Positions 21,129 to 31,684 of a DNA stretch of 63,743 nt are shown here, one piece after another (within the stretch, counting starts at the first letter, position 1; each line of letters opens with the position of its first letter). The position numbers and the translations under genes were made by a program. The notes beneath the pieces were generated by a model, which was given only the letters and a program-made list of their open reading frames with translations, was not told where the DNA came from and made no database searches. Location: contig CALKLQ010000053.1 of the NCBI GenBank assembly GCA_937992055.1, positions 1 to 63,743 of the forward strand. Direction: 5' to 3'. This DNA comes from an uncultured Clostridia bacterium (GTDB lineage: Bacteria; Bacillota; Clostridia; Christensenellales; UBA1242).

Positions 21129-21574
21129 TAAATCACCTCAATTTTACCGCCAGCTTTTTCAATTTTTTCGATAGCAGATTTAGTAAATTTGCTAGCTTTA
21201 ATTGTTAGCGGTTTGGTCAATTCTCCGTTTCCTAAAACTTTTAATCCATAAGGTTGTCTTTTACCAACCAATCTATTCACATAAAGAAGTTCTTCATCAA
21301 TAACTGTGTTAGCTTCAAACATATCAAGATCTCCAACATTTACAGTTGAATAACTTTTTTTGAAGTCATAGTTATTAAATCCTCTAATTGGAAGTTTTCT
21401 AATAAGAGGAAGTTGTCCACCTTCAAATCCAGGTCTAACGCCACCACCACTACGAGCGTTTTGTCCTTTTTGACCCTTACCACTAGTTTTTCCAAGACCA
21501 CTTCCAATTCCTCTGCCCTTTCTAAATTTAGCAGTTTTAGAATTGTCTGCAGGTTTTAACTCATGTAATTTCAT
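21128..21574 (-). CDS. rplO: 50S ribosomal protein L15
   Basis: MKLHELKP...[18 protein letters not shown]. Confidence 0.96.
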   Translation of the reverse strand: MKLHELKPADNSKTAKFRKGRGIGSGLGKTSGKGQKGQNARSGGGVRPGFEGGQLPLIRKLPIRGFNNYDFKKSYSTVNVGDLDMFEANTVIDEELLYVNRLVGKRQPYGLKVLGNGELTKPLTIKASKFTKSAIEKIEKAGGKIEVI

Positions 21575-21587
21575 GCTCCAAATCCTC

Positions 21588-21779
21588 CTATTTAACTTCT
21601 TCTACTTTGAGTAGATGAGCAACATGAGCAATACTTCCTCTAATACTTTCATTATCAGGGAATTGCTTTGTTTGACCCAATTTTTTAAATCCCAAAGCTT
21701 CAATAATTTTAGCTTGATTTTTGTTGTAGCCTATGCAACTTCTAACATAGGTAACATTAATTTTCTTTTCTTGTGCCAT
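21588..21779 (-). CDS. rpmD: 50S ribosomal protein L30
   Basis: 63-aa ORF with [10 protein letters not shown]....K.I.EALG. Conserved operon position. Confidence 0.93.
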   Translation of the reverse strand: MAQEKKINVTYVRSCIGYNKNQAKIIEALGFKKLGQTKQFPDNESIRGSIAHVAHLLKVEEVK

Positions 21780-22306
21780 TATAAAATCTCCTCTGGGGAT
21801 TTACCACGTTTAGCAGCAACTTCTTCAACAGTTCTTATTGAAAGAAGACCATTTAAGGTTGCTTTAACGCAGTTGATTTTGTTTGTGGAACCATGAATTT
21901 TGGTAACAATGTCTTTAATCCCTGCAAGTTCAATAACGGAACGAGCACTACCACCAGCAATAACTCCACAACCAGGTTTTGCAGGAAGCAAATGAATTTC
22001 GCTAGTAGAAAATTTACCAACAGCTTCATGTGGAATAGTTCCATTGATGATATTGATTTTTTTCATGTTCTTTTTAGCTCTTTCAGTTGCTTTTTCAACA
22101 GCCATAGGAACCTCACTAGCTTTTCCTGTTGCAATTCCAACACTGCCATTTCTATCACCAACAACCACAAGCGCAGAAAAACGCATTGTTCTTCCACCTT
22201 TAACAACCTTGGTAACCCTTCTTACAGAAACCAAAATTTTATCAATATCATCCTGTCTTTTTGTTCTATCAGAATTTCTGAATTTTTCTCTTTTCTCTTC
22301 CATCAT
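21779..22306 (-). CDS. rpsE: 30S ribosomal protein S5
   Basis: [23 protein letters not shown] and PAKPG.GVIAGG. Confidence 0.97.
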   Translation of the reverse strand: MMEEKREKFRNSDRTKRQDDIDKILVSVRRVTKVVKGGRTMRFSALVVVGDRNGSVGIATGKASEVPMAVEKATERAKKNMKKINIINGTIPHEAVGKFSTSEIHLLPAKPGCGVIAGGSARSVIELAGIKDIVTKIHGSTNKINCVKATLNGLLSIRTVEEVAAKRGKSPEEIL

Positions 22307-22312
22307 TTCCCC

Positions 22313-22681
22313 CTAAAAATTAAGACCTTTTGAACGAGCGCCTTCTGCAAGAGCTTGAACTCTGCCAGTATACAAATATCCGCCTCTGTCAAAAACAACA
22401 TTATCAATGTTTTTGCTTTTAGCTCTTTCAGCAACAGTTTCGCCAACTAATCTTGCTTGTTCAGTTTTGTTTTTACCTTCCAAAACTGATTTAAGTTCCT
22501 TTTCTTTTGTGGAAACAGAAACAAGAGTAACACCTTTTTCATCATCTATAATTTGTGCATAGATTTCATTTAGACTTCTATAAACATTAAGTCTTGGTCT
22601 TTCGGCAGTTCCAGAAATTTTTCTTCTTACTCTAACATGACGAACAACTCTGTTTTTGTTTTTATCTTGTTTAGTTAACAT
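22313..22681 (-). CDS. rplR: 50S ribosomal protein L18
   Basis: [20 protein letters not shown] and VFDRGGY.Y.GRV.ALA. Confidence 0.96.
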   Translation of the reverse strand: MLTKQDKNKNRVVRHVRVRRKISGTAERPRLNVYRSLNEIYAQIIDDEKGVTLVSVSTKEKELKSVLEGKNKTEQARLVGETVAERAKSKNIDNVVFDRGGYLYTGRVQALAEGARSKGLNF

Positions 22682-22689
22682 AACAGCTC

Positions 22690-23238
22690 CTATTTTTTGC
22701 CTTTACCGGCAGTTTTTCCGACTTTTCTAATCACAACTTCATCAGAATACTTAATTCCATAACCATGATAAGGTTCAACAGGTTTAAGAGCTCTAATTTT
22801 AGCTGCATATTGGCCAACCATTTGTTTATCTATTCCTGAAACCAAAATTTCAGTAGCAGATGGACATTCCAATTTAATTCCATCGTCCTCAACAACTTCA
22901 ACGTTGTGAGAAAGACCAATATTCATTACAATTTTGTTTCCCTGTTTAGAAACTTTATAACCGACACCTTTAATTTCAAGCTTTTTTGAAAATCCTTCAC
23001 TCACACCATGAACCATATTGTTCAAAAGCGCTCTATAAAGACCATGTTTAGCTTTAGCATCGTTGGTTTCATTTGTTCTAGTCAAACAAATAACACCATT
23101 TTCACATTTAACAACAATTTGTTTATCAATATCTTGAGAAAGTTTGCCTTTTGGACCATTGACAACAACATTTTGTCCATTTAGTTCAACGGTGACTCCA
23201 GCAGGGAGTATAATTTCTTTTCTTCCAATTCTAGACAT
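22690..23238 (-). CDS. rplF: 50S ribosomal protein L6
   Basis: MSRIGRK.I.LP.GV.V...G..V.V.GPKG and KGVGY. Confidence 0.97.
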   Translation of the reverse strand: MSRIGRKEIILPAGVTVELNGQNVVVNGPKGKLSQDIDKQIVVKCENGVICLTRTNETNDAKAKHGLYRALLNNMVHGVSEGFSKKLEIKGVGYKVSKQGNKIVMNIGLSHNVEVVEDDGIKLECPSATEILVSGIDKQMVGQYAAKIRALKPVEPYHGYGIKYSDEVVIRKVGKTAGKGKK

Positions 23239-23247
23239 AATTTCCTC

Positions 23248-23640
23248 CTACCATACATATGCAAGCACTTCACCGCCTACACCTTTTTCTCTAGCTTGCT
23301 TATCTGTTAAAATTCCCTTATTAGTGGAAATGATAGCAATTCCCAAACCACTTATAACCTTAGGAAGTTTGTCGCATGGAGCATAAACTCTAAGTCCAGG
23401 TTTTGAAATTCTTTTAAGTCCAGAAATAACACTTTCATTATCCATGTATTTCAAGGTGATTTTAATATTTTTAAAATTGCCACAATTAACAATTTCAAAA
23501 TTTGAAATATAACCTTCATTTAAGAGGATTTGAGCGATTGCAAGTTTTTCATTTGAAACACTTACTTCAACAACCTCGTGCCTTGCACTGATTGCATTTC
23601 TAATTCTTGTAAGCATATCTGCTATTGGATCATTAACCAT
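23248..23640 (-). CDS. rpsH: 30S ribosomal protein S8
   Basis: [13 protein letters not shown] and ISKPGLRVY. Confidence 0.97.
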   Translation of the reverse strand: MVNDPIADMLTRIRNAISARHEVVEVSVSNEKLAIAQILLNEGYISNFEIVNCGNFKNIKITLKYMDNESVISGLKRISKPGLRVYAPCDKLPKVISGLGIAIISTNKGILTDKQAREKGVGGEVLAYVW

Positions 23641-23655
23641 AATTTCGTCCTCCTC

Positions 23656-23841
23656 TTACCAACTTGCCTTTTTAACGCCAGGAATTTCACCCTTGTTAGC
23701 AAGTTCTCTAAAACAAATTCTGCAAAGACCATATTTTTTAAGCACTGCATGAGGTCTTCCGCAAATACTACAACGAGTGTATTCACGAGTAGCATATTTT
23801 TGTTTTCTTTGTTGTTTTTCAATTAAAGCTTTTTTTGCCAT
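23656..23841 (-). CDS. rpsN: 30S ribosomal protein S14 type Z (zinc form)
   Basis: 61 aa with [23 protein letters not shown]. Confidence 0.95.
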   Translation of the reverse strand: MAKKALIEKQQRKQKYATREYTRCSICGRPHAVLKKYGLCRICFRELANKGEIPGVKKASW

Positions 23842-23852
23842 TATAGCTCCTC

Positions 23853-24407
23853 CTATCTTTCTCTAAAAGGCATACCAACTGCCTTTAAGAGTGCAAGTGC
23901 TTCGCTGTCTGATTGCGCTGAAGTTACAATCATAACATCAAGTCCTCTAGTTCTTTCGACTTTATCATAAACTATTTCTGGGAAAATAAGTTGTTCTTTA
24001 ATTCCCATAGCATAATTTCCATGACCATCAAATGATTTTGGAGAAATTCCTCTAAAGTCACGAAGTCTTGGAAGAGCTATTGAAATGAGCTTATCCAAAA
24101 ATTGATACATTTTGTCGCCTCTTAAAGTTACTTTTGCACCAATTTTCATGCCTTGTCTAACCTTAAAGTTAGATATAGCTTTTTTAGCAGTAGTAGGAAT
24201 TGCTTTTTGACCTGCTATTGCAGTCAACTCATCAACAGCTAAATTATAGCTTTTAGAGTTATCTTTAACTTCGCCAAGTCCCATATTTAAAACAATTTTT
24301 TCAATTTTAGGAACTTCATTGACGTTTTTATACCCAAATTCTTTAATAAGATAAGGAACAACTTCATCTTTATAAAACTTTTTGAGTCTGTTTTCAATCT
24401 TAGCCAT
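23853..24407 (-). CDS. rplE: 50S ribosomal protein L5
   Basis: [13 protein letters not shown]...F.Y.NV..VP.I.KIV.NMG. Confidence 0.97.
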   Translation of the reverse strand: MAKIENRLKKFYKDEVVPYLIKEFGYKNVNEVPKIEKIVLNMGLGEVKDNSKSYNLAVDELTAIAGQKAIPTTAKKAISNFKVRQGMKIGAKVTLRGDKMYQFLDKLISIALPRLRDFRGISPKSFDGHGNYAMGIKEQLIFPEIVYDKVERTRGLDVMIVTSAQSDSEALALLKAVGMPFRER

Positions 24408-24421
24408 TTAAATTTTTCCTC

Positions 24422-24904
24422 CTACTCTTCTGTTTTCTTCACTGATTTTGCAGTGCTAGACTTTTTTGTAGATGTAGCTTTAGAAGTTTTCTTTTCAGAA
24501 GATTTTGCGGAAGCCTTTTCCTCTTTAGGAGCAACTTCTTCAGCTTTTGCAGCTTTAGCAGATTTTTTAGCATCTTTCTTAACCGCTTTTGCATGTTCTT
24601 TGTCAAGACTCATTCCACAAACTTTGCACACTCTGACTTTTTTACCATCAACAATTTTATGTGCAACTCTTGTAGCCTTTCCACATGAACACATAACCAT
24701 AACATTAGATGCATCAATAGGAGCTGATTTTTTAACAATTCCACCCTTTTCTTGAGCACTCTTTGGTTTTGTGTGTCTGCTAACAACGTTTACGCCATCA
24801 ACAATAACACGATTTTGTTTAATCAAAACTTCCAAAACTTTGCCTGACTTTCCCTTGTCCTTACCAGTTATAACAACAACGGTATCACCTTTTTTAATAT
24901 TCAT
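24422..24904 (-). CDS. rplX: 50S ribosomal protein L24 with a CxC...CxxC cluster and a Lys/Ala/Ser-rich C-terminal extension
   Basis: MNIKKGDTVVVITGKDKGKSGKV KOW core, then MCSCGKATRVAHKIVDGKKVRVCKVCG, then a tail of about 55 aa (KKDAKKSAKAAKAEE...KKSSTAKSVKKTEE). Confidence 0.93.
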   Translation of the reverse strand: MNIKKGDTVVVITGKDKGKSGKVLEVLIKQNRVIVDGVNVVSRHTKPKSAQEKGGIVKKSAPIDASNVMVMCSCGKATRVAHKIVDGKKVRVCKVCGMSLDKEHAKAVKKDAKKSAKAAKAEEVAPKEEKASAKSSEKKTSKATSTKKSSTAKSVKKTEE

Positions 24905-24918
24905 TTTAGCAATCTCCT

Positions 24919-25287
24919 TTAAATAACCTCAGGAGCAAGAGAAATAATTTTCATGTAGTTTTTATCTCTTAACTCTCTGGCAATAGGTCCAAAAATACGA
25001 GTACCTTTAGGTTGTTTTTGATTATCAATAATAACAGCAGCATTGTCATCAAAACGGATATGAGTTCCATCAGAACGTCTAAGTCCTTTGCTGGTTCTAA
25101 CAATTACAGCTTTAACAACGTCGCCTTTTTTAACCATTCCACCAGGAATAGCCTTTTTAACAGAAGCAATAATAACATCACCAATGTTACCACTTCTTCT
25201 ATAAGAGCCTCCAAGCACACGAATGCACATTATTTCCTTTGCACCTGTGTTGTCAGCAACTTTTAATCTTGTTTGTGGTTGTATCAT
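24919..25287 (-). CDS. rplN: 50S ribosomal protein L14
   Basis: [27 protein letters not shown]. Confidence 0.98.
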   Translation of the reverse strand: MIQPQTRLKVADNTGAKEIMCIRVLGGSYRRSGNIGDVIIASVKKAIPGGMVKKGDVVKAVIVRTSKGLRRSDGTHIRFDDNAAVIIDNQKQPKGTRIFGPIARELRDKNYMKIISLAPEVI

Positions 25288-25300
25288 AACGGCACTCCTT

Positions 25301-25561
25301 TTACTTAGCTTTTTCTACTATTCTAACAAGGCGATAGTACTTGTCTTTACTAAGTGGTCTTGTTTCCATAATTTCAACGACATCTCCAAGAGCACATTCG
25401 TTGTTTTGGTCATGAACCTTAAACCTGTTAGTTTTTTTAACGACTTTTTTATAAATTGGGTGTTTTGAGTTGGAAACAACTTTAACAACAATAGTTTTGT
25501 CCATTTTTCCAGCACTCACAACCTCTCCAAGTTTTGTAGGTCTTGTGTTTCTATCTTCCAT
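25301..25561 (-). CDS. rpsQ: 30S ribosomal protein S17
   Basis: [13 protein letters not shown]......HP.Y.K. Confidence 0.95.
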   Translation of the reverse strand: MEDRNTRPTKLGEVVSAGKMDKTIVVKVVSNSKHPIYKKVVKKTNRFKVHDQNNECALGDVVEIMETRPLSKDKYYRLVRIVEKAK

Positions 25562-25562
25562 A

Positions 25563-25772
25563 TTACACCTCTACTCCTTCTTTGAGTTCTCTTTCTCTCA
25601 AAATTGTTTTAACTTTTGCAATATCCTTTTTAACCACATGTAGTTGCATATTATTTGGAAGATTGCCTGTGGCATGTGAAAAACGCAAATTGAAAAGTTC
25701 GGTTGTCAAATCATTAAGTTTTGCTTTAAGTTCTTTAGTTGTCAAACTTCTAATTTCTTTAATTTTCATCAT
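25563..25772 (-). CDS. rpmC: 50S ribosomal protein L29
   Basis: 69 aa with L...ELFNLRF. Conserved operon position. Confidence 0.93.
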   Translation of the reverse strand: MMKIKEIRSLTTKELKAKLNDLTTELFNLRFSHATGNLPNNMQLHVVKKDIAKVKTILRERELKEGVEV

Positions 25773-26187
25773 TGCCCTCCTCAGTTCTCTTTATAAATTT
25801 GGTTTTGCAAGGAAGTTTCATAGAACCTAATCTCAAAGCTTCACGAGCTACTGGTTCAGAAACACCTTTCATTTCAAAAAGCACTCTACCAGGTTTAACC
25901 ACTGCAACCCAAAATTCTGGAGAACCTTTACCTGAACCCATACGAGTTTCTGCAGGTTTTTTAGTTACAGGTTTATCTGGAAAAATATTAATCCAAACCT
26001 GACCACCACGTTTAATATATCTAGTCATCGCAATACGAGCCGCCTCAATTTGGTTAGATTTAATCCAACAAGGCTCTGTTGCAATAATTCCAAAATCGCC
26101 ATAAGCAAGCTTGTTTCCTCTAGTTGCAACGCCTGTCATTCTTCCACGATGAACTCTTCTTCTTTTAACTCTTTTAGGCATTAACAT
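25759..26187 (-). CDS. rplP: 50S ribosomal protein L16
   Basis: [22 protein letters not shown]. Confidence 0.97.
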   Translation of the reverse strand: MLMPKRVKRRRVHRGRMTGVATRGNKLAYGDFGIIATEPCWIKSNQIEAARIAMTRYIKRGGQVWINIFPDKPVTKKPAETRMGSGKGSPEFWVAVVKPGRVLFEMKGVSEPVAREALRLGSMKLPCKTKFIKRTEEGNDEN

Positions 26188-26852
26188 CAGTCTCTACCTC
26201 CTTTGTCCTCTCTAGCGTTTAAAATCTCGCCTTTGTAAATCCAAACTTTAACGCCAAGTTTACCATAGTTTGTAAATGCAGAAGCAACGCCATAATCAAC
26301 ATCAGCTCTAAGAGTGTGGAGTGGAAGAGAACCTTCCATATATTTTTCGGTTCTAGCAATTGAGTTAGCGCCATCAACAACACCACTAACTTGAACTTTA
26401 CAACCTTTAGCTCCAGCTTTCATAACTCTTTGTAAAGCACTTCTCAAACATCTTCTAAAAGGTATTCTTTTTTCAAGTTGAGAAACAATACTTTCTGCAA
26501 CCAAAACAGCGTCAAGGTCTGGTTTTTTAATTTCTTTAACATTAACAATGAAATTTTTGGTTGGATTTACAACTTTTTGAAGTTGTTTTTTAAGTTCTTC
26601 AATCCCAGCACCCTTTGCTCCAATAAGCATTCCAGGTCTGCCAGTGTAGATGTTGATAACAAGCTTAGCTTTGGTTCTTTCAACAGAAACCTTAGAAATA
26701 GCACAATTTGCATAGTTCTTTTTAATAAAATTTCTGATTACGTTATCTTCTTTAATATATTTAGCAACTTCGTCTTTATCAGCATACCAAGTTGAATCCC
26801 AACCCTTGTTGATGCCTATTCTAAGTCCAATAGGACTAACTTTTTGTCCCAT
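26187..26852 (-). CDS. rpsC: 30S ribosomal protein S3
   Basis: [20 protein letters not shown]. Confidence 0.97.
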   Translation of the reverse strand: MGQKVSPIGLRIGINKGWDSTWYADKDEVAKYIKEDNVIRNFIKKNYANCAISKVSVERTKAKLVINIYTGRPGMLIGAKGAGIEELKKQLQKVVNPTKNFIVNVKEIKKPDLDAVLVAESIVSQLEKRIPFRRCLRSALQRVMKAGAKGCKVQVSGVVDGANSIARTEKYMEGSLPLHTLRADVDYGVASAFTNYGKLGVKVWIYKGEILNAREDKGGRD

Positions 26853-26861
26853 ACTAACCTC

Positions 26862-27248
26862 CTACGCCTTTTGGTCAAGTATAATTGTTATATGACTTGA
26901 CCTTTTAAGCATTCTGTCTGCTCTACCTCTAGCCCTAATTAAAATTCTTTTAAGAGTAGGACCAGGAGAAACATAACATTCTGCAACGAACAAATCTGCT
27001 CTATTGATTGATTTGTTGTTTTCAGCATTAGCAACTGCTGATTTTAAAAGTTTTGCACAAACTTCTGCAGCGGCATGTGGTGAATTTTCAAGTATTGCGG
27101 CAGCCACTGTCACATCTTTTCCTCTAATTGTGTCAAGAACGATGCGAACTTTTGAAGGACTCATTCTAATGTAATTTGCTTTTGCAAAAGGTCTTTGGTC
27201 CTTATTTTGCTTTCTATTTGCTGTTTTTTCTCTAATTCTTGTAGCCAT
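26862..27248 (-). CDS. rplV: 50S ribosomal protein L22
   Basis: A.YIRMSP.KVR.VLD.IRGK and GP.LKR...RARGRA. Confidence 0.96.
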   Translation of the reverse strand: MATRIREKTANRKQNKDQRPFAKANYIRMSPSKVRIVLDTIRGKDVTVAAAILENSPHAAAEVCAKLLKSAVANAENNKSINRADLFVAECYVSPGPTLKRILIRARGRADRMLKRSSHITIILDQKA

Positions 27249-27259
27249 TTTTCACCTCT

Positions 27260-27553
27260 TTAACCTTTACTACCAGTGGTTTTGCCTTTTTGCTTGCTTC
27301 CAGCATGTCCTTTAAATGTTCTTGTTGGAGCAAACTCTCCAAGTTTATGACCAACCATTTCAACGGTACAGTAAACAGGAACATGTTTTTTGCCATTGTG
27401 GACAGCAAAAGTGAAACCTACAAATTCTGGATAAATAACTGATGCTCTAGACCAAGTTTTAATTGGTTTTTTAACACCTGTTTTGTTCATTTCTTCAACT
27501 CTTTGCAAAAGTTTTGGAAAAACATAAGGTTTTTTCTTTAATGATCTGCTCAT
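27260..27553 (-). CDS. rpsS: 30S ribosomal protein S19
   Basis: MSRSLKK.PYV and VHNGK.HVPVY. Confidence 0.97.
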   Translation of the reverse strand: MSRSLKKKPYVFPKLLQRVEEMNKTGVKKPIKTWSRASVIYPEFVGFTFAVHNGKKHVPVYCTVEMVGHKLGEFAPTRTFKGHAGSKQKGKTTGSKG

Positions 27554-27564
27554 ATCTTTAACTC

Positions 27565-28392
27565 CTAGTTAATTCTCTTAACAATCAATCTGTTAGATGA
27601 TTTGTTTTTCTTTCTTGTCTTGTATCCAAGTGCTGGTTTGCCCCATGGAGTAACAGGTGATTTAAGTCCAACTGGAGACTTACCTTCACCACCGCCGTGT
27701 GGGTGGTCATTAGGGTTCATAACCACACCTCTAACGGTAGGTCTAACACCCATATGTCTTTTTCTTCCAGCCTTTCCAATAGACACCAATTCATGGTCTG
27801 GGTTTGAAACCGTTCCTATTGTTGCACGACATCTTGCAAGAACCTTTCTCATTTCACCACTTGGCATTCTGAGCATTGCATACTTGCCTTCTTTAGCAAC
27901 CAACTGAACCTCAACACCAGCAGAACGAGCAATTTGACCGCCCTTGCCAGGAATCAACTCAATATTGTGAATTGTTGAACCAACAGGAATATTTTCAAGA
28001 GGAAGACAATTTCCGACTTTTATTTCTGAATTAGCACCGCTTGTTACAACATCTGAAACGTTGAGTCCAAGAGGAGCAAGGATATATCTTTTTTCACCAT
28101 CAGCATAAACCAAAAGTGCGATATATGCGGAACGATTTGGGTCATACTCTATTGAAGTAACTTTTGCAGGCACATCATCTTTATTTCTTTTAAAATCAAT
28201 AATTCTATATTTTTGACGATTGCCACCACCATGATGACGAACGGTTATTCTACCGTTAGCATTTCTGCCACCCGTTTTTTTCTTAACTGCAAGCAAACTC
28301 TTTTCAGGAGCTTTTTTTGTCAATTCTTCAAAAGAAGCTGTTGTTAAAAATCTGCGTCCTGCTGAAGTTGGCTTATTTGTTTTTACTGCCAT
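27565..28392 (-). CDS. rplB: 50S ribosomal protein L2
   Basis: [15 protein letters not shown].., IEYDPNRSA and [12 protein letters not shown]. Confidence 0.98.
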   Translation of the reverse strand: MAVKTNKPTSAGRRFLTTASFEELTKKAPEKSLLAVKKKTGGRNANGRITVRHHGGGNRQKYRIIDFKRNKDDVPAKVTSIEYDPNRSAYIALLVYADGEKRYILAPLGLNVSDVVTSGANSEIKVGNCLPLENIPVGSTIHNIELIPGKGGQIARSAGVEVQLVAKEGKYAMLRMPSGEMRKVLARCRATIGTVSNPDHELVSIGKAGRKRHMGVRPTVRGVVMNPNDHPHGGGEGKSPVGLKSPVTPWGKPALGYKTRKKNKSSNRLIVKRIN

Positions 28393-28406
28393 TTTGTCTA
28401 TCTCCT

Positions 28407-28709
28407 TTATGACAAGCTTTCAAAGAACGGAATTGGCTTTGATGAACTCTTAAGAGTAACTATAGCTTTTTTATAGTCACTAGTTCTTCCAACTGTTCTT
28501 CCCGACTTTGTGTTTTGCTCTTTTTTATGTCCTTTCATAACAACTGTTTTAACACTATCAACTTCTACCTTGAAAATTTCTTCTACAGCTTTTGCAATTT
28601 CAATTTTGTTGGCTTGTTTTGCAACAATGAAAGCATAAACCTTGTTTTGAATTCCAGTATATGTTTTTTCAGTGAGAAGTGGTTTTTTAATTATTTCTCT
28701 AGCATTCAT
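28407..28709 (-). CDS. rplW: 50S ribosomal protein L23
   Basis: 100-aa ORF with I.KP.LTEK and KKA.VTL. Conserved operon position. Confidence 0.94.
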   Translation of the reverse strand: MNAREIIKKPLLTEKTYTGIQNKVYAFIVAKQANKIEIAKAVEEIFKVEVDSVKTVVMKGHKKEQNTKSGRTVGRTSDYKKAIVTLKSSSKPIPFFESLS

Positions 28710-29332
28710 TCTTTATATCCCTCCTCTATAAGTTTGACAGCAGATTTTGTCATGACAATTGTAGGATATTTAACAACTTCATAGACACTTAAAACATCAG
28801 CAAGTTGAAGTGAAAGATTATCAAGATTTGCACACGCTCTTGTTACAAACTCATTGTTTTCAGCAACAACAACAAGCGCCTTTCTATTTAGATTAAAATC
28901 TTTCATAAACTTTTCTGCGAATTTTGTTTTTGGTTCATCGAATTTAAACTCATCAACAAAAACAATTTCTTTTGCAGCAAACTTTCCACTAAGAGCACTT
29001 GCAAATGCAACTTTTTTAGCTTGTTTATTAACTTTTTTAGAAAAGTCTCTTGGTTTTGGCGCAAATGCAACTCCACCACCTGTTTGATGAGGGCCTTTAG
29101 TTGAACCCTGTCTTGCATTACCAGTATGTTTTTGTCTAAAAGGTTTTTTAGCATGTCCTCTAACTTCGCTTCTTGTAAGAGCAGATTTAGTTCCCTGTCT
29201 TTTGTTAGCAAGTTGAGCAACAACCACTTCATGAACAAGCCCTTCATTGACATCAGCTTTAAAAACTTCATCACTAACTGTCAAGGAACCAACTTCTTCA
29301 TGGTTCATATTATAAAGTTTGACTTTTGCCAT
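28706..29332 (-). CDS. rplD: 50S ribosomal protein L4
   Basis: QGT...LTRSEVRG...KP.RQKHTG.ARQGS. Confidence 0.96.
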   Translation of the reverse strand: MAKVKLYNMNHEEVGSLTVSDEVFKADVNEGLVHEVVVAQLANKRQGTKSALTRSEVRGHAKKPFRQKHTGNARQGSTKGPHQTGGGVAFAPKPRDFSKKVNKQAKKVAFASALSGKFAAKEIVFVDEFKFDEPKTKFAEKFMKDFNLNRKALVVVAENNEFVTRACANLDNLSLQLADVLSVYEVVKYPTIVMTKSAVKLIEEGYKE

Positions 29333-29343
29333 TTTGCTTCCTC

Positions 29344-29976
29344 CTACGCCTTAACCGCTTGTTTAACAGTTACAAGCGAGCCTCTTGGACCAGGAACGCA
29401 ACCTTTGACAAGAAGAATATTTCTATCTGTATCAACTTTAACTACTTCAAGATTTTGAATAGTTACGCTTTCATGTCCATATTGTCCAGGCATTTTTTTG
29501 TTTTTAAAAACTCTTGATGGTGTTGAGTTGGCACTCATTGAACCAACCTCTCTATGAACAGGTCCTGTTCCGTGAGTCATTTTAAGTCTGTGAGCGTTCC
29601 ACCTTTGAATATTTCCAGTGAAACCTCTACCACGAGTTGTTCCGCTTACATCCACCATATCGTTTTCTGAAAAGATATCACATTTGATAACAGTTCCAAT
29701 TTCATATTCATTGCTATTTTCAAATCTAAATTCCTTGAGAGTTCTGCAAGGAGCAACATCACTTTTTTTGAAAACACCAAGTTCAGGTTTTGTGAGCAAT
29801 TTTTCCCTAACTTGTTCATATGCCACAACAACTGCATCGTAGCCATCTTTAATAGCAGACTTTTTTCTAACAACTGTGACAGGTCCAGCTTCTATAACTG
29901 TCACTGGAACAACTTGTCCTTCAGCAGTGAAAACTTGAGTCATGCCGAGTTTTTTACCAATAATTGCTTTTTTCAC
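29344..29976 (-). CDS. rplC: 50S ribosomal protein L3
   Basis: (M)KKAIIGKKLGMTQVF and FTGNIQRWN. GTG start at 29976, 8 nt after AAGGAGG. Confidence 0.95.
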   Translation of the reverse strand: MKKAIIGKKLGMTQVFTAEGQVVPVTVIEAGPVTVVRKKSAIKDGYDAVVVAYEQVREKLLTKPELGVFKKSDVAPCRTLKEFRFENSNEYEIGTVIKCDIFSENDMVDVSGTTRGRGFTGNIQRWNAHRLKMTHGTGPVHREVGSMSANSTPSRVFKNKKMPGQYGHESVTIQNLEVVKVDTDRNILLVKGCVPGPRGSLVTVKQAVKA

Positions 29977-29989
29977 TTTTTTAGCCTCC

Positions 29990-30298
29990 TTACAGTTTGA
30001 TATTGATGTCAACACCTGCTGGCAAGTCGAGCTTCATAAGCGAGTCGACAGCTTTAGGTGATGGACTATACACATCAATTAATCTTTTGTGAGTTCTACA
30101 CTCGAATTGTTCACGACTATCTTTATGTTTGTGAGGTGAACGGATGATTGTTACCACTTCCTTGTCTGTTGGAAGAGGAATTGGCCCAGCGACTTTTGCA
30201 CCGCTCTTAGTTGCTGTTTCAATTATTCTCAAACAAGCTTGGTCTAAGAGTGCATGGTCATAGGCTTTCAGTTTAATTCTGATTTTTTGAGTTGCCAT
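29990..30298 (-). CDS. rpsJ: 30S ribosomal protein S10
   Basis: [15 protein letters not shown] and [21 protein letters not shown]. Confidence 0.98.
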   Translation of the reverse strand: MATQKIRIKLKAYDHALLDQACLRIIETATKSGAKVAGPIPLPTDKEVVTIIRSPHKHKDSREQFECRTHKRLIDVYSPSPKAVDSLMKLDLPAGVDINIKL

Positions 30299-30523
30299 TT
30301 TTTATTAACCTCCTGTAATAGCAAAACCTCGAAGCATATCGTTACACTATCCCGTGTGTGTCGCCACTATAGCCAAAATTAAAACCTGAATTAACAGGCA
30401 TTAAAAGATATGCTTTTGCTCGAGGGCAACCGCTTTTAGCAGTCACTTGTCCGCACAAATTCTCCTTGTCCGCTTGAAGACAAAGTAACCTTGTGCATCA
30501 ACCCAGACTATAATAGCTTGCTT
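30299..30523 (-). promoter_or_regulatory. roughly 225-nt structured 5' leader of the S10 operon (candidate r-protein autoregulatory leader)
   Basis: GC-richer than its surroundings. A long-range helix (minus strand) pairs CTCGA-GCAAA-AGCATATC (30407-30424 on +) with GATATGCTTCGAG (30328-30340 on +), ending a few nt before the AGGAGG SD. GCGGACAAG occurs twice (30446-30454 and 30465-30473 on +), each with a possible TTTGT(C) partner. Confidence 0.5.
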
Positions 30524-30553
30524 ATTATATAACAGCTTGGCTAGCCTTGTCAA
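30524..30553 (-). promoter_or_regulatory. sigma-70-type promoter of the S10 operon
   Basis: On the minus strand, exact TTGACA (30548-30553), an 18-nt spacer, and exact TATAAT (30524-30529). Confidence 0.75.
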
Positions 30554-31045
30554 CACTTTTTTAAAACTTTTCAACTCTTTTTTGTAACCTAAGATTAATA
30601 ATATATATATAATTATTTTTATAGAAAACTACCTATTAATTTAAGGCTTTCCCTTTACATTTTAATCAGTTTTACTTACATGAAAAATAATCTACAAACC
30701 AATTCACTTATTCATCAAATAGCATATATCTCATTCAAAAAATTGTTGGCATATAAAGTTGAAAACACGAAGTCCCACATGCTACCCTATTAAAAGGTTG
30801 AAATTTCTAAAGCATGGAATTATCTGAAGCAAACACAACCCAATCATTCATACTTTTTTAACCCTTCTAAAAAAAACATTTTTAGAAAAATACAATCTAA
30901 TAATAAAGATATTTTCAGCTTCATAAAATGATAATCAATTATCTTTAAATAAAGCAAACTTTTTTAAAAGTGTAGCAAGATTTTTTTAAAGCACAAAAAA
31001 ATTACTCTTACTATTTTTCAAATCAACTTGTTAATAAATTTATTT

Positions 31046-31078
31046 AAAACCTCAAAACATTTTTGTTTTGAGGTTTTT
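31046..31078 (+). terminator. strong hairpin plus T-run with no annotated gene upstream
   Basis: 12-14-bp stem AACCTCAAAACA/TGTTTTGAGGTT with loop TTTT, followed by T residues. Confidence 0.5.
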
Positions 31079-31141
31079 CACATGAATAATTTATAGCTTA
31101 AGAGTTTCAACCTTTTACAAATTAAAAGGAGGTGTGATATA

Positions 31142-31684
31142 ATGGCAATATTAGATAACGTTAAAAGTCTTGTTGAAAAGTTTTTTACAACCAATGGTGA
31201 TTTTTGGGTAATAAGAAAAAGTAGAAGCAATCTAAACATTGAAAAGTGTAACGGTTTCGCAAAAAAAGATGAAACAAAAAATGTTTGCGACCTTTGCGTG
31301 GCCCTCAATGAAACTGTTTTTAAAGTTTACAACAAACCCGAATACTTTCATCCCAATTGTACTTGTAAATACGTTCCCACAACCCTTTCCAATATCATTT
31401 TAGATTTTCCAATGAAAAAGGTTGAAAATTATTTATTTGTTGATATTGATAAGCATAAAATGATGAAAACTATGGGTTATCATATTCAAGATTCTAAAGA
31501 TGTTTATGATCTCATTTTTGAAAGTGTGAAAACAAATTTCAAAAATGGAAATTACAAATTAGGTATTCTGGATATACATGGTCAACATTTTTCCATAAAT
31601 TTTATATTGTATGGAAAGAGAGACCATATTGGAGAAGTTTTCAATTGTCATATAGGTGTGTCGCATGGCCCAATGGCAAAATAA
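31142..31684 (+). CDS. Mu-F/SPP1-gp7-type zinc-ribbon head fused to a DUF6883-like C-terminal domain (putative toxin or adaptor)
   Basis: AAAGGAGG RBS. NVCDLCVALNETVFKVYNKPEYFHPNCTCKYVP matches the C..C...HPNC.C signature of the Phage_Mu_F C-terminus. The C-terminal half (KKVENYLFVD...HKMMKTMGY...) resembles DUF6883 from memory. The 3' end may be frameshifted. Confidence 0.55.
   Translation: MAILDNVKSLVEKFFTTNGDFWVIRKSRSNLNIEKCNGFAKKDETKNVCDLCVALNETVFKVYNKPEYFHPNCTCKYVPTTLSNIILDFPMKKVENYLFVDIDKHKMMKTMGYHIQDSKDVYDLIFESVKTNFKNGNYKLGILDIHGQHFSINFILYGKRDHIGEVFNCHIGVSHGPMAK

Noticed and set aside
14745-30298. Many 60-150-aa ORFs in the track lie antisense or out of frame within the ribosomal protein operon (for example 21893-22333 +, 17223-17537 +, 28903-29274 -, 25543-25830 +).
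   Set aside because: Each is fully embedded in a strongly conserved r-protein, secY or rpoA gene. They have low-complexity, hydrophobic or Ser/Phe-rich translations and no SD. These are typical shadow ORFs of AT-rich DNA.
30460-30485. The S10 leader shares the 10-mer TTTGTCTTCA and the helix GACAAGG/CTTTGTC with the 3' end of the structured repeat.
   Set aside because: The match is short, lies in the opposite order within the helix, and could plausibly arise by chance in about 128 kb of two-strand sequence. It is kept only as a note.
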